A stretch of DNA of 64,000 nucleotides. Source: Bacteroidota bacterium (GTDB taxonomy: Bacteria; Bacteroidota; Ignavibacteria; UBA10030). Location of the stretch: NCBI GenBank assembly GCA_025454835.1, contig JALONQ010000001.1:392990-456989 (forward strand), given 5' to 3'. Of this stretch, positions 49,430-64,000 are shown piece by piece. Each line of letters starts with the position of its first letter. The first letter of the stretch is position 1. Made by a program: the position numbers and the translations under genes. The notes under the pieces were generated by a model. It was not told the DNA's origin, did not search any database, and saw nothing but the letters and a program-made list of their open reading frames with translations.

Positions 49430-50641
49430 TTAGGCGATGATCTTTGACACGACGCCGGCGCCCACCGTACGACCGCCCTCGCGGATGGCGAAGCGGAGAC
49501 CTTCCTCCATGGCGATCGGCGAAATGAGCTCGATGTTGACGGCATCAAGGTTGTCGCCGGGCATGACCATTTCCACGCCCGCGGGCAGTTCCAACACGCC
49601 CGTCACGTCCGTCGTACGGAAATAGAACTGCGGACGATAGCCGGTCAGGAACGGCGTGTGACGGCCGCCCTCTTCCTTCTTAAGCACGTAGACCTGTGCC
49701 GTGTACTTCGTGTGCGGCGTGATCGAACCGGGCTTCGCGATGACCTGGCCGCGCTCCAGTTCCGTCTTCTCAACGCCACGGAGGAGCAGACCGGCGTTGT
49801 CGCCCGCCACCACTTCGTCGAGCTCCTTTCGGAACATTTCGGCGCCGGTGATGACCGTCTTCTTGTGAGCGCCCAGACCGATCACCTCGACTTCGTCGCC
49901 GACCTTCGCGCGTCCGCGCTCGACGCGACCCGTACCGACCGTACCGCGGCCGGTGATCGAGAACACGTCTTCGACGGGCATCAGGAACGGCTTCTCGACG
50001 TCGCGCACCGGGAGCGGAATGTAGGCATCCACCGCCGCCATGAGCTCTTCGATCGACTTGAACGCCGGATCATCGCCCTTCACGTCGGGACGCAGCGCCG
50101 CTTCCATGGCCTTCAAGGCTGAGCCGCGGATGATGGGGATCTCGTCGCCGGGGAACTCGTACTTCTTCAGCAGGTCGCGAACCTCAAGCTCGACCAGGTC
50201 GAGCAGCTCCGGATCGTCGACCGCATCGCACTTGTTCATGAACACCACGATCTTCGGCACGTTCACCTGACGGGCAAGCAGGATGTGCTCGCGCGTCTGG
50301 GGCATCGGACCGTCGGTCGCAGCAACGACGACGATCGCGCCGTCCATCTGGGCGGCACCCGTGATCATGTTCTTCACGTAATCGGCGTGGCCCGGGCAGT
50401 CGACGTGCGCATAGTGGCGGTTCTGCGTCGAGTACTCGACGTGAGCCGTGTTGATCGTGATGCCGCGCGCCTTCTCCTCAGGAGCGTTGTCGATCGAGTC
50501 GAACGTACGCACCTGCGACAGACCCTTCTTGGCCAGCACCATCGTGATGGCGGCCGTCAGCGTCGTCTTGCCGTGGTCAACGTGGCCGATGGTGCCGATG
50601 TTGACGTGCGGCTTGCTTCGGTCGAATTTTTCCTTTGCCAT
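49430..50641 (-). CDS. tuf: Elongation factor Tu (403 aa)
   Basis: [22 protein letters not shown]-motifs. Confidence 0.97.
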   Translation of the reverse strand: MAKEKFDRSKPHVNIGTIGHVDHGKTTLTAAITMVLAKKGLSQVRTFDSIDNAPEEKARGITINTAHVEYSTQNRHYAHVDCPGHADYVKNMITGAAQMDGAIVVVAATDGPMPQTREHILLARQVNVPKIVVFMNKCDAVDDPELLDLVELEVRDLLKKYEFPGDEIPIIRGSALKAMEAALRPDVKGDDPAFKSIEELMAAVDAYIPLPVRDVEKPFLMPVEDVFSITGRGTVGTGRVERGRAKVGDEVEVIGLGAHKKTVITGAEMFRKELDEVVAGDNAGLLLRGVEKTELERGQVIAKPGSITPHTKYTAQVYVLKKEEGGRHTPFLTGYRPQFYFRTTDVTGVLELPAGVEMVMPGDNLDAVNIELISPIAMEEGLRFAIREGGRTVGAGVVSKIIA

Positions 50642-50690
50642 ACAGGGTTCTCCTTAGAGTTGATCAGATTCTGGTGTCGTTCACGTTCGA

Positions 50691-52793
<2,103 letters not shown>

Positions 52794-52877
52794 ACGACTC
52801 CGATACAGGACACCTCACCCCGGTCGGGCGGGCGTCGCCTGCGTCACTGGATCCTACGATGCACAACCGGGTTCCGC

Positions 52878-53348
52878 TTACCAGCGGAAATGCGCAAAAG
52901 CTTTGTTCGCTTCGGCCATGCGATGGACGTCATCCTTCTTCTTGATAGCGCCACCGTCCCCCGCGGATGCCGCGAGGAGTTCTGCCGCGAGCTTCTGCGA
53001 CATCGACTTCCCTTCCGAGCGTTCTTTGGCGTTGCTGATCAGCCATCGGATAGCAAGAGCGGTTCGCCGCTCGGGGCGAACTTCTGTTGGAACCTGATAG
53101 GTGGCGCCGCCCACACGTCGGGCACGCACCTCAATGAGGGGCGAAGCGTTCTCGACTGCCTTACGGAAGACATCGACCGGATTCTTCTCGGTCTTGGTGC
53201 CGATCGTGGCCAGAGCGTCGTACATGATGCCCCGGGCGGTGGCCTTCTTGCCGTCCTTGAGAATGTTGTTGATGAAACGCGCGACCATGATGTCGTTAAA
53301 CTTCGGGTCGGGCGCGATACGGCGTCGGGTAGAGCGTTTCTTTCTCAT
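52878..53348 (-). CDS. rpsG: 30S ribosomal protein S7
   Basis: 156 aa; conserved S7. Confidence 0.95.
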   Translation of the reverse strand: MRKKRSTRRRIAPDPKFNDIMVARFINNILKDGKKATARGIMYDALATIGTKTEKNPVDVFRKAVENASPLIEVRARRVGGATYQVPTEVRPERRTALAIRWLISNAKERSEGKSMSQKLAAELLAASAGDGGAIKKKDDVHRMAEANKAFAHFRW

Positions 53349-53354
53349 AGCCGG

Positions 53355-53726
53355 TTACTTGGGCCTCTTGGCACCGTACTTGGAGCGGGCCTGTTTGCGG
53401 TCCTGCACCCCCTGCGTATCGAGCGTGCCACGGACGATATGGTAGCGAACGCCGGGAAGATCCTTCACGCGACCGCCGCGGATCATGACGATCGAGTGTT
53501 CCTGCAGGTTATGGCCTTCGCCCGGAATGTACGCCGTCACCTCGATCTGGTTCGACAGACGCACTCGGGCCACTTTCCGGAGGGCCGAGTTCGGCTTCTT
53601 CGGGGTGGTCGTATACACGCGCGTGCAGACCCCGCGCTTCAGGGGGCTTCCCTGCAGGGCCGGGGATTTGCTCTTGTAGGCCGTAACCTCGCGGCCTTTG
53701 CGAACCAGCTGGTTGATCGTCGGCAA
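53355..53726 (-). CDS. rpsL: 30S ribosomal protein S12 (apparent TTG start codon)
   Basis: [12 protein letters not shown]... conserved; the first codon on the minus strand is TTG, with no upstream in-frame ATG before the stop. Confidence 0.93.
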   Translation of the reverse strand: MPTINQLVRKGREVTAYKSKSPALQGSPLKRGVCTRVYTTTPKKPNSALRKVARVRLSNQIEVTAYIPGEGHNLQEHSIVMIRGGRVKDLPGVRYHIVRGTLDTQGVQDRKQARSKYGAKRPK

Positions 53727-53767
53727 CGCTTGGCGCTCCAGATAGGTGCGTTGAAAAATAGCCTTTT

Positions 53768-53796
53768 AAGATACGATATTAATTTGTTTCTGTCAA
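53768..53796 (-). promoter_or_regulatory. Candidate sigma-A promoter of the str operon (rpsL-rpsG-fusA-tuf...)
   Basis: Sharply AT-rich 60-nt island in a 65% GC genome; minus strand reads TTGACA (53796-53791), a 17-nt spacer, then TATCTT (53773-53768), ~40 nt upstream of the rpsL start. Confidence 0.4.
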
Positions 53797-53812
53797 TAGC
53801 CCCTGCCCACTA

Positions 53813-58117
<4,305 letters not shown>

Positions 58118-58171
58118 GGATGCCTCCGAGTCTCTCGATGATGGTGTCCTTCACGCGGGGTCGATACACGG

Positions 58172-61948
<3,777 letters not shown>

Positions 61949-62007
61949 CGTATCCTCTCTTTCGGGGAACGTGATCGCGGGGCGAGTGCCCCCTGAATAT
62001 GGGGAGA

Positions 62008-62105
62008 GCCGATGGTCCGGGACCCCCCCGTTTTGCGAGGGAGCGACGGAACCATCGGCTCACCGCCTGTGGACGTGCGACTCCGAGCGTGTTTCCGGAG
62101 TCGCG
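62008..62105 (-). promoter_or_regulatory. Structured rplL-rpoB intergenic region (two strong hairpins; candidate attenuator or processing site)
   Basis: Minus-strand GCGACUCCGgaaacacgcuCGGAGUCGC (62105-62078) directly after the rplL stop, then GCCGAUGGUUCCG...CGGACCAUCGGC (62059-62008), a 12-bp stem. Confidence 0.45.
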
Positions 62106-62111
62106 GTCGAG

Positions 62112-62495
62112 TTACTTCAGCTCGACCTTGGCGCCGGCCTCTTCGAGTTCCTTCTTCAGCTTCTCGGCTTCGTCCTTGTTCAGACCTTCCTTGACGACCT
62201 TCGGTGCGCCGTCGACCAGGTCCTTCGCCTCTTTAAGGCCCAGACCCGTGGCCGCGCGGACGACCTTGATGACGTTGATCTTCTGCGCTCCGCTTTCCTT
62301 GAGCTCGACGGAGAACTCCGTCTTCTCTTCAACGGCGGGTGCGGCCGCGGCACCGGCGGCCGGCATCATGGCGCCCATCATCATCGGGGCGGCGGCGGTG
62401 ACGCCGAACTTGTCTTCGAGGGCCTTCTTCAGCTCAACGGCCTCGAGCAGGGTCAGCTTTTCGATCTTTTCGACGATCTCGGCAACTGCAGACAT
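62112..62495 (-). CDS. rplL: 50S ribosomal protein L7/L12
   Basis: 127 aa; Ala-rich hinge, C-terminal ...[10 protein letters not shown]. Confidence 0.95.
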   Translation of the reverse strand: MSAVAEIVEKIEKLTLLEAVELKKALEDKFGVTAAAPMMMGAMMPAAGAAAAPAVEEKTEFSVELKESGAQKINVIKVVRAATGLGLKEAKDLVDGAPKVVKEGLNKDEAEKLKKELEEAGAKVELK

Positions 62496-62541
62496 GGTGT
62501 TTCTCCTGTGAATAGATAATGTCGTTGGAATGATGCGGAAC

Positions 62542-63066
62542 TCAGGCGGCCTTCTTCTTCTCGGCGATCTGGTCGATGACGCTCACCAGGTCTCGAGCGA
62601 CGGCGTTGACCGCGCCCACGACGCCCTGGATCGGCGCCTGCAGACTGCCAACGACGCTCGCCATGAGGTCCTTGCGCGAAGGGATCTGCGCCAGCTGATC
62701 GATGGCCTTGCCGTCGTACACGACCTTCTCGAGCACGGCTGCCTTCAGCTTCAGCTTGCCCGCTTTCTCACTGAACTTCTTGATGATCTTCGCCGGAGCG
62801 GCGATATCCTCTCCGCAGAACGCCACACCGGTCGGTCCGATGAGGTAGTCATACACCTTGTCGTAGCCGGTGACGCGCTCCAGGGCCTTACGGATGAGCG
62901 TGTTCTTGACGACGGTATATTGCACACCCACCTTCCGGAACTCGCGGCGCAGTTCAGTCTCATCTGCGACCGTGAGTCCGGAGAAGTCGGCGAAGTACAT
63001 CGCCGTCGTCGCCGAGACCCGCTCGACCATCTCGTCGATGATCGCGTCTTTCTCGCTGCGTTTCAT
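62542..63066 (-). CDS. rplJ: 50S ribosomal protein L10
   Basis: [17 protein letters not shown]...; start moved to ATG 63066, preceded by AGAGGA. Confidence 0.9.
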   Translation of the reverse strand: MKRSEKDAIIDEMVERVSATTAMYFADFSGLTVADETELRREFRKVGVQYTVVKNTLIRKALERVTGYDKVYDYLIGPTGVAFCGEDIAAPAKIIKKFSEKAGKLKLKAAVLEKVVYDGKAIDQLAQIPSRKDLMASVVGSLQAPIQGVVGAVNAVARDLVSVIDQIAEKKKAA

Positions 63067-63295
63067 ATGGTCCTCTGTGATGCTGGTGCGACCCGGAGAA
63101 GCGAGCCTGTCCGCCACCCCGTCAAGGATTTCCGGCGGTGTCAGGGGACCGGGTCAGAAGCGGTGAAGAGTGCGTAAATTCGTTGGGGTTTCACGCGGCG
63201 ACCGCGACGGAAGCAGTGATCGCTGCGAAACAGGGTACATCTTCAAGCGCTGCAAACGCAGCCACCGCTGCGACCGCTGCGCGCAACTGATCTCC
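63067..63295 (-). promoter_or_regulatory. Candidate L10 (rplJ) autoregulatory leader
   Basis: 229-nt untranslated gap between rplA and rplJ containing repeated GCUGCG/GCAGC elements; by analogy to the known L10-leader position. Confidence 0.35.
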
Positions 63296-63994
63296 TCAGT
63301 GGACGCCCGCGGCGGCGCGGTCGATGTGCACGCCCGGGCCCATCGTCGTCGACAGCGCGATGCTCTTGACGTAGACGCCCTTGGCTGTCGAAGGCTTCAG
63401 GCGGGTGATCGTCGCGAGGAACGCGTTGACGTTGTCAACAAGCTTCGCGGCTTCGAAGTTCGCCTTTCCGACAGTGGCATGGACGATGCCCGCCTTGTCG
63501 ACGCGGAATTCGATCTTTCCAGCTTTGATCTCCTTCACGGCCGTGCTGACGTCCAACGTCACCGTCCCGCTCTTCGGGTTCGGCATCAGCCCGCGGGGAC
63601 CGAGGATCTTGCCCATCTTGCCCAGGTCGCCCATCACGTCCGGCGTCGCGATGATCACGTCGACGTCCGCCCATCCGCCCTGGATCTTCTCGAGGTAGTC
63701 CTTGTAGCCGACGTGGTCGGCTCCGGCGGCCTTGGCCTCTTCGTCCTTCGGCGGCTTCGCGATGACGAGCACGCGCACCTGCTTGCCGATGCCATGCGGA
63801 AGCGCGACGGTGCCGCGGAGGGCCTGGTCGGCCTTGCGCGGATCGACGCCCAGACGGACGGCGATGTCGACGGCTTCTGAGAACTTGGCCGTGGCCGACT
63901 GCTTCACGAGCGTGACGGCTTCGGCAATCGAGTATTCTTTGCGGACGACGACCTGTTTCGCCGCCGCGTTGAACCGCTTGCTGTGCTTCTTCAT
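63296..63994 (-). CDS. rplA: 50S ribosomal protein L1
   Basis: 232 aa; [15 protein letters not shown]...; conserved L1. Confidence 0.95.
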   Translation of the reverse strand: MKKHSKRFNAAAKQVVVRKEYSIAEAVTLVKQSATAKFSEAVDIAVRLGVDPRKADQALRGTVALPHGIGKQVRVLVIAKPPKDEEAKAAGADHVGYKDYLEKIQGGWADVDVIIATPDVMGDLGKMGKILGPRGLMPNPKSGTVTLDVSTAVKEIKAGKIEFRVDKAGIVHATVGKANFEAAKLVDNVNAFLATITRLKPSTAKGVYVKSIALSTTMGPGVHIDRAAAGVH

Positions 63995-64000
63995 GTTCGT

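Noticed and set aside
53740-53800. AT-rich island considered as an IS/phage remnant or horizontal-transfer scar
   Set aside because: Only ~60 nt, no inverted repeats or ORF. Position and -35/-10-like hexamers fit a promoter far better.

Overview
GC-rich (~65%) bacterial chromosome segment in which every supportable gene lies on the minus strand. T9SS C-terminal sorting domains, a SusC-like TonB receptor, a GWxTD-domain protein, a PorV-like barrel and the secY-map-infA order with no adk point to a high-GC member of the FCB superphylum (Rhodothermaeota- or Gemmatimonadota-like); this is inference. Right half, 33.5-64 kb: a ribosomal super-locus, running on the minus strand from 64 kb down to 33.5 kb as rplA, rplJ, rplL, rpoB, rpoC, rpsL, rpsG, fusA, tuf, the S10 operon, the spc operon (ending in secY), map, infA, rpmJ, rpsM, rpsK, rpsD, rpoA, rplQ, engB. 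Then serC-like/serA at 30.5-33.4 kb. Middle, 17-30 kb: a SusC-like TonB-dependent receptor followed by a 1257-aa T9SS cargo protein, a PorV-like barrel, and secreted NHL, GWxTD and 759-aa proteins, then ssb and ggt. 11-15 kb: a cobalamin riboswitch whose expression platform forms a terminator hairpin, upstream of a BtuB-like receptor, a beta-propeller lipoprotein (BtuG candidate), a small membrane protein and a terminator. Most notable, 0.5-11 kb: two tandem paralogous modules of NADP-type gdhA plus a ~1000-aa protein (pseudo-receiver + canonical receiver + PpsA/PPDK-type nucleotide-binding domain, with no His-swivel or PEP-utilizer domains). These are followed by a third, 415-aa GDH, a translationally coupled zinc-ribbon micro-ORF, and a partial lipoprotein gene at the window edge that the ORF track missed. 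All long plus-strand ORFs are judged to be antisense artefacts of high GC.
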